A stretch of DNA of 62,599 nt, the filler included, from Nitrospinota bacterium (lineage in GTDB: Bacteria > JADFOP01), in assembly GCA_022562795.1 (NCBI GenBank). It is 3 parts of 3 records of this genome, joined end to end, with 100 filler letters (N's around TTAATTAATTAA, not from the genome) between each part and the next. Parts side by side here need not be neighbours in the genome. Positions count along the whole stretch, not along the records: positions 49,513 to 62,599 come from JADFOP010000005.1; 2 more parts are not named here. One strand, written 5' to 3'. The stretch's first letter is position 1, and every line of letters begins with the position of its first letter. This document shows, piece by piece, positions 49,514 through 58,635 of the stretch. A program made the translations under genes and the position numbers. Below the pieces are notes generated by a model. That model was given only the letters and a program-made list of their open reading frames with translations. It searched no databases and was not told the origin of the DNA.

Positions 49514-50218
49514 GCCCGCTCCGTCTTGTTGAGGGTGCTGGATAGAATCGTCCGGCTGCTCCACCCCTTCATGCCATTCCTTACCGAGGAGATATGGCAC
49601 CACCTGCCCGGCACGGATGGAAGCGTCACCGTGGCCCCTTTTCCTGCTGCATCCAAGGCGGGCATCGATCAGAATGCAGAGGCCGACATGGCGCGGATCA
49701 TAGAGGCGGTGGCAGCCATCCGGACCGTTCGAGGCGAGATGAAGAACCTAACACCTGGAATGACGGTCGATGTGTTCATCCACACGGCTGACGAGGGCCT
49801 ATCTACCCTGTACATAAACCACGAGAAATATATAACGGATTTAGCCCGCGTGGGTGAACTGCATGTCGATCCCGCTGAACCCAAGCCTGCTGGTGCGGCC
49901 GTAACTATCGTCGACGGGGCAGAGATTTTTATCGTTTTAGACAAGGATATGGCCTTGGTTATCGCCGAGGAGCAGAAGCGCCTTGAAAAGGAACTGAAGA
50001 AGGTCCGCCGAGAGCTCACGATGGTCGAGAAGAAGCTGGCCAACGAGGACTATTTGACCAAGGCTCCAGAGGCAGTGGTAGCAAAAGAGAAGGGGCGCCA
50101 CGCTTCACTCTTAGGAAAGGAGACCCGCCTCAAGGGCTCCATCACCTCACTCCTGCAGCAGGGTCCCGAGGAGGGCCAGGCTGATTCCCCACAAGGCGAT
50201 GACGACCCTCAAAGGTGA
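49514..50218 (+). CDS. valS: Valyl-tRNA synthetase, C-terminal part; 5' partial
   Basis: LLHPFMPFLTEEIW and coiled-coil KKLANEDYLTKAPEAVV. Confidence 0.92.
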   Translation, partial: ARSVLLRVLDRIVRLLHPFMPFLTEEIWHHLPGTDGSVTVAPFPAASKAGIDQNAEADMARIIEAVAAIRTVRGEMKNLTPGMTVDVFIHTADEGLSTLYINHEKYITDLARVGELHVDPAEPKPAGAAVTIVDGAEIFIVLDKDMALVIAEEQKRLEKELKKVRRELTMVEKKLANEDYLTKAPEAVVAKEKGRHASLLGKETRLKGSITSLLQQGPEEGQADSPQGDDDPQR

Positions 50219-51008
50219 ACGGCTTGAGCTGGGCCTCCACAGCGCAACTGTGATAGGCGGAGAGGTCTGGCACTACGGAGAGGTCGGCTCCACCAACGAC
50301 GTCTGCAAGGAGCTTGCGGCATCGGGTGCGCCTGAGGGATGTTGCGTGGTGGCCGACGGGCAGAGGGGGGGCCGGGGCCGGATGGGACGGGCCTGGTTTT
50401 CGCCCCCGCTTGAGGGCCTCTACATGTCTTGTCTGCTGCGGCCGTCGTTGGCGTCAGAGTCGTTGCCTCTCTGCACGCTCATGGCAGGAGGGGCCACGGC
50501 CCGGGCCCTCGTCGAGGCGACGGGGGCGGAGGTGCGGCTCAAATGGCCCAACGATCTTACTATCGACGAGAAAAAGCTGGGCGGCATTCTCACCGAGTTG
50601 CTTACCCCACCCGGCGAGGCGCCCGTAGTGGTCATCGGTATTGGAATCAACGTCACAACACCGCCCGAGGCCTTTCCCCAGGAGCTCCAGACAACCACCA
50701 CATCGCTCCTCGAGGCCACCGGGCGCTCCTTTGAGCGCCTGGTCCTCCTGAAAGCCATCCTCCTGGAGCTAGATGAGGCCTACAACGCTTTTCGACAGAA
50801 GGGGCCTGGCCCCGTCCTGGAGGCGTGGAGGTCTTTTGCCGCTACCCTGGGCCAGCGGGTTATGGTAAAGATGACCGATGGAACGCTGGAGGGCGATGCC
50901 GTCGGACTCACAGAAGGCGGCCACTTAGTGGTGCGAACCGCCGAGGGGCGTGAGGTGCCTGTCCTCGAGGGCGACGTGGTGCACCTTCGAAGCGGCCCGC
51001 CCAACTGA
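50199..51008 (+). CDS. birA: Biotin--[acetyl-CoA carboxylase] ligase without N-terminal HTH
   Basis: STND, QRGGRGRMGR.W, KWPND, KLGGIL, GIGINV. Confidence 0.95.
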   Translation: MTTLKGERLELGLHSATVIGGEVWHYGEVGSTNDVCKELAASGAPEGCCVVADGQRGGRGRMGRAWFSPPLEGLYMSCLLRPSLASESLPLCTLMAGGATARALVEATGAEVRLKWPNDLTIDEKKLGGILTELLTPPGEAPVVVIGIGINVTTPPEAFPQELQTTTTSLLEATGRSFERLVLLKAILLELDEAYNAFRQKGPGPVLEAWRSFAATLGQRVMVKMTDGTLEGDAVGLTEGGHLVVRTAEGREVPVLEGDVVHLRSGPPN

Positions 51009-51018
51009 GGAAACGTAC

Positions 51019-51789
51019 GTGCTACTGGTGATGGATATTGGGAATACCAATACAGTCCTAGGAGTGTACGAGGGCGAGCGGCTGCTTAATGATTGGCGAA
51101 TAACCACGCAGCCTCACCAAACGGCTGACGAGTACGGCATCATTCTCAAAGAACTTTTCGACCTTGCCGGAATGAGTTTCGACAACATCACCGATCTGAT
51201 TCTCTCCTGCGTCGTGCCGCCCCTGGAGATGGTGGTCGCAGAGATGGCCAGAAAATACTTCGATCTGGAACCGCTCATTGTGGGACCCGGCACCAAGACG
51301 GGCATGCCGGTGCTTTACGAAAACCCGCGTGACGTAGGGGCGGATCGGATTGTCAACGGCGTGGCCGCCATAGAGAAATACGGCACCCCGTGCATAGTTA
51401 TAGACTTTGGAACCGCAACCACTTTCGACGCGATCTCGGCCGACGGAGAATATCTGGGTGGCATCATAACCCCAGGGATCCTCCTCTCCTATGAGGCTCT
51501 CTTCCACAAGGCGGCCAAGCTGCCCCTGGTCGATATGGCCAAACCCAAATCGGTCATCGGCCGAACTACGGTCGCCAGCATGCAATCTGGCATGCTCTAC
51601 GGGTACGTCGGCCTCGTGGAGGGCATTGTAGCCCGGATGAAAGAGGAGCTGGGGGGCGAGCCGAAAGTCATCGGCACGGGCGGACTCGTCGAGACCATCG
51701 CCCGTGAGACCGACGTCATAATGACCGTCGATCACTCCCTCGCCCTGGAGGGGCTCCGCCTCATTTACGAGCGGAATCTACCCAAATAA
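51019..51789 (+). CDS. coaX: Type III pantothenate kinase
   Basis: DIGNTN, GADR, DFGTATT, GGIITPG; GAGGA RBS before GTG 51019. Confidence 0.95.
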   Translation: MLLVMDIGNTNTVLGVYEGERLLNDWRITTQPHQTADEYGIILKELFDLAGMSFDNITDLILSCVVPPLEMVVAEMARKYFDLEPLIVGPGTKTGMPVLYENPRDVGADRIVNGVAAIEKYGTPCIVIDFGTATTFDAISADGEYLGGIITPGILLSYEALFHKAAKLPLVDMAKPKSVIGRTTVASMQSGMLYGYVGLVEGIVARMKEELGGEPKVIGTGGLVETIARETDVIMTVDHSLALEGLRLIYERNLPK

Positions 51790-52208
51790 TGGCCCTGATA
51801 GGTAGCCATTGAAGGTCCGTAGGGTGTTTTTCAACATTTCCCTTATTTTTGTAGAGAAAACCTGCTTGACAATTTCGCGGATTTGGTAATATTAATAAAA
51901 TAGGGGTGAAACGTTCGGGCTGAGAGGGGAATTCCGTGCAATGCTCCATTCTTTGCGGGAATTTCCACTTTTCCGAACTGCACCTAACCTTCAAAGCAAT
52001 CACGAGACACAGTCAAAAGCTAGCCCACACCGTGGGAGACCGACGTTAGCGGCTCTCATAGAGATGGTCCATGCCTGGTCACGCCACCCAGAACTCTCTC
52101 ATGATAGAGTCAGCCTGTCATCTGGCCGCCTTTTCGATAGCTGACCGACGCTCCCAGGCTCATCCATGTTTACTTGCCACCCATATTTGGTGAAAGGAGG
52201 GACGTATT

Positions 52209-53372
52209 ATGGCGGAGAAAGTACTGGAATTCTACGGACAGCAGGAATACGCCAAGGGGCTCGACGGGGTCATCGCCTGCGAAACGCGCATAAACTACAT
52301 CGACGGGGCGGAAGGAAAGATGATCTACCAGGGCTACGACGTCGAGGAGATTGGCGAGAAGACGAACTACGAAGAGACCTGCTATCTGCTGCTCTACGGC
52401 AAGCTCCCGACCCAAAGCGAACTCGATGAGTTCAAGGCCAAGCTCGTCTCATACAGGTCCATCCCGCCCGAGATCATCCAGGTTCTAAAGATCATCCCGA
52501 CTGCCGACACTCACCCCATGAGCGCCCTTCGCACGGGCGTGTCGGCCTTGGGAACCTTTAACCTTCAGGCCGAGGAGCAGTCCATCGAGAATTACGCGGA
52601 CATCGGGCTGCGCCTCATTGCTCAGCTTGCAACCATCGCCGGGGCGGTCCAACGCATCCGGGCGGGCCAAGAGCCCGTGGAGCCCGACCCCTCCCTCGAC
52701 CACTCGGCCAACTTCTGCTACATGATGACGGGGGAGAAGCCGAGCGAGGTATTTGAGAAAATGATGGACCTCTCCCTCGTCCTCCACGCCGACCACGGGG
52801 TGAACGCTTCGACATTCTCCTCCATGGTGGTCATATCGTCTATGACCGATATGTACTCGGCCATCGCCGCCGGGATCGGCTCGCTCAAAGGTCCGCTCCA
52901 CGGCGGCGCCAACGAGCAGGTCCTCTACATGCTCAACGAGATCGGCTCTGCCGACAAGGCGGACGAGTACATGGACAACGCCATCAAGAACAAAGTCAAG
53001 GTTATGGGTTTCGGCCACCGAGTATACAAGGCCTACGACCCTCGGGCACGAATCTTTGCCCGCCACTCCAAGGAACTCTGCGAAGCCGCGGGAAAGCCCG
53101 AGCTCTACGAAATCGCCGTGCGTGTGGAAGCAAAGGTCATCGACGCCTACGGGGCCAAAGGCATCTTCCCCAACGTCGACTTCTACTCGGGGACCATCTA
53201 TCACTGCCTGGGAATCGAGACGGCTATGTTTACGCCCCTATTCGCGGTGAGCCGTATCGCCGGCTGGGTAGCCCGCATCCTCGAGTACCTGCCGCAAAAC
53301 AGAATTTTTCGGCCCCGGGCCATCTACCTGGGCGAAAAGGACCTCCAGTACGTCCCGATCGACCAGCGATGA
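52209..53372 (+). CDS. gltA: Citrate synthase
   Basis: HADH..NAST, GPLHGGANE, GFGHRVY, PNVDF. Confidence 0.9.
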   Translation: MAEKVLEFYGQQEYAKGLDGVIACETRINYIDGAEGKMIYQGYDVEEIGEKTNYEETCYLLLYGKLPTQSELDEFKAKLVSYRSIPPEIIQVLKIIPTADTHPMSALRTGVSALGTFNLQAEEQSIENYADIGLRLIAQLATIAGAVQRIRAGQEPVEPDPSLDHSANFCYMMTGEKPSEVFEKMMDLSLVLHADHGVNASTFSSMVVISSMTDMYSAIAAGIGSLKGPLHGGANEQVLYMLNEIGSADKADEYMDNAIKNKVKVMGFGHRVYKAYDPRARIFARHSKELCEAAGKPELYEIAVRVEAKVIDAYGAKGIFPNVDFYSGTIYHCLGIETAMFTPLFAVSRIAGWVARILEYLPQNRIFRPRAIYLGEKDLQYVPIDQR

Positions 53373-53396
53373 GCGCCTGAGTCCGCTCCACACATC

Positions 53397-53434
53397 AACG
53401 GGGGATGCCCGAAGGGGATCCCCCGCCGTTTTTT
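53397..53434 (+). terminator. Intrinsic terminator after citrate synthase
   Basis: CGGGGGAT...ATCCCCCG stem followed by a T-run. Confidence 0.75.
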
Positions 53435-53446
53435 GTTAAACAATAC

Positions 53447-54223
53447 TCAGGCTTTACGGCCTAAAAGGAGGAGCTTGTCATCGGTGTAACGTACCAACCT
53501 GCCCTCCACGACTTCGAAGCTAAAGTAATCGGCCACGCGAGACGGGGCCTCGAGAAAGGACCGCTCCAGGCCTTTGCGCCCGACCGCATCGAGGTGGGGA
53601 ATCCGGGCAGCCCAAGTGTCGAACGTGTGCGTCGTCTTGTACACTTCGGCTGCTTCTACCCGGAAGCCCGTCGCCTCCAGCAGGGAAACCCACTCCGAGC
53701 GGGCAAGGGAGCGGACGTGAGTTGGGTCCCGCAGCCGCTCGACGTTGTTAAGAAAGTCCGCCAATTGGCGGTCATCTGGGACCATGCTATCGACTAAGCC
53801 GAAGCTTCCGCCGGGGGAAAGCACACGGTAGACCTCCTCTATTGCACTTTCCAAATCCGGAACGTGATGGAGCGCGATGCGACAGGTGACGGCGGTGAAG
53901 CTGGCCTCAGCGAAGGGCAATTGCTCGACATCGGCTAAGCAGTATTCGACACCGGGGAAACCTTGTTCCGCAATGAAACGCCGTGCTTCGACGAGCATCG
54001 CCAGCGTAAGATCGGAAGCCACAGTTAGCCCGGCGTGGGGCGCGAGGGCCATGGCCACGTGGCCGCCACCGGTGGCGACGTCAAGGAGGCGACCACCGGC
54101 CGATGGGGCGACGAGCTCCACGAGGCGGGCGAGGTCCGGCCCGGTGGCATGCGTCAGGCTGGTCACATATCGAGCAGCGGCCTGGCCGAACTGATCCTTG
54201 ATACGCTCTTTATCAACCATCAT
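53447..54223 (-). CDS. Class I SAM-dependent methyltransferase
   Basis: QFG..A..YVTS..HA.G.DL, LDVATGGGH, RDPTHVR. Start placed at ATG 54223. Confidence 0.9.
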   Translation of the reverse strand: MMVDKERIKDQFGQAAARYVTSLTHATGPDLARLVELVAPSAGGRLLDVATGGGHVAMALAPHAGLTVASDLTLAMLVEARRFIAEQGFPGVEYCLADVEQLPFAEASFTAVTCRIALHHVPDLESAIEEVYRVLSPGGSFGLVDSMVPDDRQLADFLNNVERLRDPTHVRSLARSEWVSLLEATGFRVEAAEVYKTTHTFDTWAARIPHLDAVGRKGLERSFLEAPSRVADYFSFEVVEGRLVRYTDDKLLLLGRKA

Positions 54224-54549
54224 CGGGTTCCTCGCCCGAGGCCCGCTCCAGCTAACGGGCACAATTTTAATGGGTCCTGCTGCGGGTAGTTGGTTCGGGT
54301 CGCCTGAGGGTCGTCCCTGGCCGCCTCGAAACCCACCCTTAGCGCCCCTCCGTAGCCGGGGTCCGTTTGGAATATGACACTGGCGCCCCTCCGACGGGCC
54401 AGCTCCACCGTCCCGTCGGTCGATCCACCATCGACTACAACGACCTCCCATGAAGGGACGAGCCCATCCAAAACCCCCTTCAGACCCTGAAGGGGGGGCT
54501 CGAGGTTATCTCGCTCGTTAAGTGCAGGGATGATAATTGAGCATTCCAT
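54220..54549 (-). pseudogene. Truncated GT2 (DPM1-like) glycosyltransferase
   Basis: SIIIPALNE, VVVVDGGSTDGT, GYGGALRVGF; similarity then ends before the DxD motif. Confidence 0.65.
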
Positions 54550-54948
54550 GAGATGGTGACACCTGGATCACATTCTATGAGGGAAATTGATAAAGCTTAC
54601 GGGAACAACTATTTCCCAAAAAAGATTCCCCTCTTTTACCAGCAATTATTATACTACCCTATCATAGAGGCAAGGAGTTAGCGCTGATTACAGCCACCGC
54701 CTCAAGGGCTCTCAATTCTCATCCACCAACCCCAACGCTAGGGTAATAAATAGAGGAATTAAAGAGAGCCAAATTTAATCCTTTACCAGAGCCCCAATAA
54801 TCGATACACTTAAAGTGGAACGGTTGTCCGTGAAGCCGTCTTTCAACCTGCAGGCTCCGAAAGAGCCAGATAATAAACAGCTCTAAGGCGGCAAATAGGC
54901 AAGTTTAAGTGTCGGCGTAAGGTTCGCCGACCAATGTGGATATGCACG

Positions 54949-56118
54949 ATGGACAAAGAAAATCCCGATAAAAACTCCGAAGAAGAGATCCGTTTCCGCG
55001 AACTTCCTTTGGAAGGCCCACCCTCCCAGGAATCGGAACCCCCTGCGGAAGAAGCCAAGCCGCCAGAAGGGCCTTCAGAAGGATTGCGCTTAACGGAGCT
55101 ATCCGACGTGGCAGACCAGGTTAAATCAGAGCCCACCCCTCTTGAGCTGGAAGAGATTTCGGACAAGGAGGAATTCGTCCCTATCGAAGAAGAAACTATC
55201 GATCTTTACAAAGATATATATAAGGGAACGAGTGTCATCTACGAGGCGGCTGCTGAAGGCGGCCCACTTGATATCGCTACTTTAGGCCCTCTAGCCGAAG
55301 CGCTCGTTGCCTCTATGGTTCGTCACGACCCAGATGTTGGCGATGAAGAAATTACCCAGAACTCGCTATACCTTGCCGTCATGGTCACGGCGAGCGGGCC
55401 GATGGACTGGGCTGCACACGCCATCAACGTGGCCACACTAGCCGTCAGGCTCGGTAGCGGACGGAATTACGACCAGAAGGAGCTTTCGAAGCTCGCGCTA
55501 GCGGGCCTCCTCCACGGGGTGGGAATGATGGGCATCCCCATCTCCATCCTCGAACAGTCGGGCCCACTCTCTTCCAAACAGCGATCGATTATCGAGTCCC
55601 ACCCCCTTAGAGGGGAGGAGCTCCTCTCTGGGCTAGGCCCGAAATTCGAGTGGCTCCAAACCGTGATCGCACAAGAACATGAACGGCACCAGGGCCAAGG
55701 CTATCCCCGCGGGCTGTCTGGTAATGACATCCACGAATTTGCCAGCCTAATCGGTGTGGTAGATTCATTTGCCGCAATGACGCATCCTAGGTCGTGGCGA
55801 CCAGCAATATCGCCGCACAAGGCGGCCAAAGAGATAATCTTCACTCGTAAGAGTGAATTTGACCCTCGATTAATCAAGCTATTTCTCCAAAAATTGTCCA
55901 TATTCCCAATCAATAGCTTGGTGAAACTCAGCAATAATCTAGTTGGGAGGGTCTTAATCGTACACGAAGATTCACCCCTACGGCCTACCATCGAAATTCT
56001 TCATGATCCTCACGAAAGGCATGCCGCCGACCAGAAGGTCATGGACTTAAGGAAACGCCCTTTAATATATATAGTTGGCGCCATTTCCGAAAGGGCGTTA
56101 GGCCAACTAGTTAAATAA
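54949..56118 (+). CDS. HD-GYP domain protein, degenerate (HD to HG)
   Basis: H..NVA, LLHGVG in place of LLHDIG, HP..G, HER..G.GYP.GL, D.F.AM...R. Confidence 0.8.
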   Translation: MDKENPDKNSEEEIRFRELPLEGPPSQESEPPAEEAKPPEGPSEGLRLTELSDVADQVKSEPTPLELEEISDKEEFVPIEEETIDLYKDIYKGTSVIYEAAAEGGPLDIATLGPLAEALVASMVRHDPDVGDEEITQNSLYLAVMVTASGPMDWAAHAINVATLAVRLGSGRNYDQKELSKLALAGLLHGVGMMGIPISILEQSGPLSSKQRSIIESHPLRGEELLSGLGPKFEWLQTVIAQEHERHQGQGYPRGLSGNDIHEFASLIGVVDSFAAMTHPRSWRPAISPHKAAKEIIFTRKSEFDPRLIKLFLQKLSIFPINSLVKLSNNLVGRVLIVHEDSPLRPTIEILHDPHERHAADQKVMDLRKRPLIYIVGAISERALGQLVK

Positions 56119-56132
56119 CCCTAGAAGAATAA

Positions 56133-56894
56133 ATGAAACGGTTCGTCCAACTTACAATCGCTCTTCTCATAGGCTGGCTGGCATTAAACGTACCCTTTGC
56201 CTTCGGTCAGTCCCTTTCATATCCAGACGAGGCGGGCTACGAGGATTTACGACGCACCGAGATGGAGACCCTTGACACCTTAGCTCAGGATCACTACCGA
56301 GCCCTCGCCTTTCGCCTCTTGATAGCCCAACGACGATTGCGAGAGGCTCAGCTCATGATAGTAAAGGAGAAATACCACCTGGTTCCGGCCGTTCTCGAGG
56401 CTTACAGGGAAACAATTCAAGAGGCTATGGAAACTATCCAAAAGCTGCCAATAAGCGCTCTGAACTCAGCAGTCTACTACCAGTCCATCGAATCCATAGG
56501 CATACACCAGCAGGAACTCCTTCGGAATATGGCCCAAAGAGTCCCCCCCGAGCTCGACCACTCCATACAATCTTCGTTGTCCGAATCCCGAAAATTGCTT
56601 GTACCTTCTGTATGGAGACCCGTGCCAGGGGCCCGAGGGTCCACGCAGAGTCTCACGGGAAAACGCTCCGCATCCATTCAAGAGCCGCTGAGCCCACAGG
56701 AAGGGGTTTCGGAAGCAAGCCAGCCAATAACGCCCCTAGGCCCAGCAGCCACCCCCAGAGGGGAATTTTTTCTACCAGGGGGAGAGTCACGTCCCCTGGC
56801 TCCAGAGGAGAACCGTAGGCTACGGCCCGGTGAGACGCACCCCCGAGGCACGCGTCGGCCGGGAGACACCCACCCAAGGCCAAGGGCCAGATAG
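56133..56894 (+). CDS. Exported helical hypothetical protein (DUF5667-like)
   Basis: Signal peptide ending AFG; 'Y..LRR..E...L..A..RL.EA' pattern; low-complexity tail with RPG(E/D)THPR twice. Confidence 0.55.
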   Translation: MKRFVQLTIALLIGWLALNVPFAFGQSLSYPDEAGYEDLRRTEMETLDTLAQDHYRALAFRLLIAQRRLREAQLMIVKEKYHLVPAVLEAYRETIQEAMETIQKLPISALNSAVYYQSIESIGIHQQELLRNMAQRVPPELDHSIQSSLSESRKLLVPSVWRPVPGARGSTQSLTGKRSASIQEPLSPQEGVSEASQPITPLGPAATPRGEFFLPGGESRPLAPEENRRLRPGETHPRGTRRPGDTHPRPRAR

Positions 56895-56995
56895 CCGTTC
56901 ACCTCCTATCCCTCGTGCCCATCAGGCCTATCACTCTACGTCAAAGAAGCTTCCCAACAGCTTGAAATTCCTTGGTAATTATGCAAAAGGCAGAT

Positions 56996-57024
56996 TTGAC
57001 CCGAGACCCCTTACCTGTTATAAG
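56996..57024 (+). promoter_or_regulatory. Putative sigma70 promoter of the polysaccharide export genes
   Basis: TTGACC-N17-TATAAG with an extended -10 TG. Confidence 0.45.
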
Positions 57025-57088
57025 AATGTCAATTGAGGGGTTGGAGCGACTTGCCAGAGTCCGCGCACCTGAGGAGCACTACTAACGC

Positions 57089-58618
57089 ATGAGGCCAAAG
57101 GAACCTGCTGCGCGGCAGCCCCGGCGATACATCCTAGTAGTGGCAAGGCTGGCCTGTTGCCTCTTCCTCCTGCTCCATGCTTGTACCGCCCGCAAAGGGA
57201 AAGCTGCTGTAGGCGCTCCGGCTCTACCGAGCGCCCCATCGTCTCCACTTCATCCACAAGTAATACAACCGTTTGAAACCAGTACCTTCATGGTCTTCTT
57301 TGACCAAGAGGAGACCATACTTTCACCGAGCGCCACGGCCACGCTCGACAGGGTATTGGCCTCCCTCCTAACAGCACCACCAGGCCCCATAAGGGTGATC
57401 GGACATGCAGGCTCAGAGGAGGGAGGAATTGCCAGCACGACCGATCCGGTATCGCTTTCTGTACTGAGGGCCGAATCGGTTAAGGGGTATTTAGTGGCTA
57501 ACGGGATCCCAGACCACCGCATCCAAACGACAGGAGTGGGCATGGGCCTGCCATTAGTACCCCATAGCTCCAAGGAAACTGCCAAGAACCGACGGGGCGA
57601 GATTCTTTTGCCATCCAGCTCGACGGTGTCGTTTCCGGCAGGGGGCCCACCACGCAACCCCATCACAATCGAGAACCGGGTCTTTACCATGGTAAGCGGT
57701 ATTTCTGAATACATCGTCGGTCCCGGAGACGTTTTGGACATTACGATGTGGCGGGCCCTTGAGCCTGAGAAATTTGAAACTCATGTGCGTCCGGACGGAA
57801 GAATTTCCTTCGGCTTTATAGAAGATGCCCCCATCGCAGGGCTTACCATTTTGGAGATCGACAACCTCTTGACGGAACGTCTGTCAGAGTTTCTCAAAAA
57901 ACCGCGAATTGATATCCTCGTCAAGGAGTACAACAGCAAGACGGCGTCAATTTTTGGGGGCGTTTCCAGGGGCACAATTTTTGGGTCGGAACGAACTGGG
58001 CCCGGCACTTACACTCTCAAAGGCAAGACAACCTTGCTCGATTTGTTAATTCGGGCCGGCGGACAAGTTGAAAACGCACGGCTTGAGCGAGTAGAGGTCA
58101 TCCGCAGGGACGGCAAGAAGTTGGTAGTCAACCTGTCCCGGGCCATCTTCGATGCTGACATCTCGCAGAACCTCGTCCTCGATGACGGCGATGTGGTATT
58201 CGTTCCCCTGCGGGCCGAGGACCGTATTTTTGTGGTTGGAGAGGTGGGCCGCCAGGGCACTTTTCTCGTGGATGAACGCATTACGGTCTTGCAGGCCATC
58301 GCTATGGCTGGCGGCTTCACTAGAGACGCTAACGAGCGCAGGGTTTTCATATTCCGTGGATTGGGAGACCAGTCCCGTGTGATGGTCTCCGACGTGAAGC
58401 ACATCATGGCCACCGGCGACCGTACCCAGGATACCTCGCTAGCCAACAACGACGTCATTATTGTTCCCACGAGCGCCATTGGCAAGTGGAACGTCTGGAT
58501 GGACAGGCTCAATCCAACGCTTGAGAACATCGAGAATGTGACCGGAATCCTGCTGGACATTGACGCCATGACCCCTGGCAGCGGCACTGGGGAGCGGGGC
58601 CCAATTTTCAGGGATTAA
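57089..58618 (+). CDS. wza: Polysaccharide export OPX/Wza-family lipoprotein with N-terminal OmpA-like domain
   Basis: Lipobox LHAC; OmpA-like segment (VFFD, GHA, LS..RAESVK.YL..GI, NRR.EI); Poly_export EYIVGPGDVL..VRPDGRIS; SLBB repeats; C-terminal amphipathic helix. Confidence 0.82.
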   Translation: MRPKEPAARQPRRYILVVARLACCLFLLLHACTARKGKAAVGAPALPSAPSSPLHPQVIQPFETSTFMVFFDQEETILSPSATATLDRVLASLLTAPPGPIRVIGHAGSEEGGIASTTDPVSLSVLRAESVKGYLVANGIPDHRIQTTGVGMGLPLVPHSSKETAKNRRGEILLPSSSTVSFPAGGPPRNPITIENRVFTMVSGISEYIVGPGDVLDITMWRALEPEKFETHVRPDGRISFGFIEDAPIAGLTILEIDNLLTERLSEFLKKPRIDILVKEYNSKTASIFGGVSRGTIFGSERTGPGTYTLKGKTTLLDLLIRAGGQVENARLERVEVIRRDGKKLVVNLSRAIFDADISQNLVLDDGDVVFVPLRAEDRIFVVGEVGRQGTFLVDERITVLQAIAMAGGFTRDANERRVFIFRGLGDQSRVMVSDVKHIMATGDRTQDTSLANNDVIIVPTSAIGKWNVWMDRLNPTLENIENVTGILLDIDAMTPGSGTGERGPIFRD

Positions 58619-58635
58619 GCGAGAAACAAGAATCT

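Noticed and set aside
51901-51990. TPP riboswitch, suggested by AGGGGTG...GGCTGAGA
   Set aside because: The downstream ACCUGAU and GAUAAUGC...GUAGGGA elements are missing, and the downstream gene is not thiamine-related.
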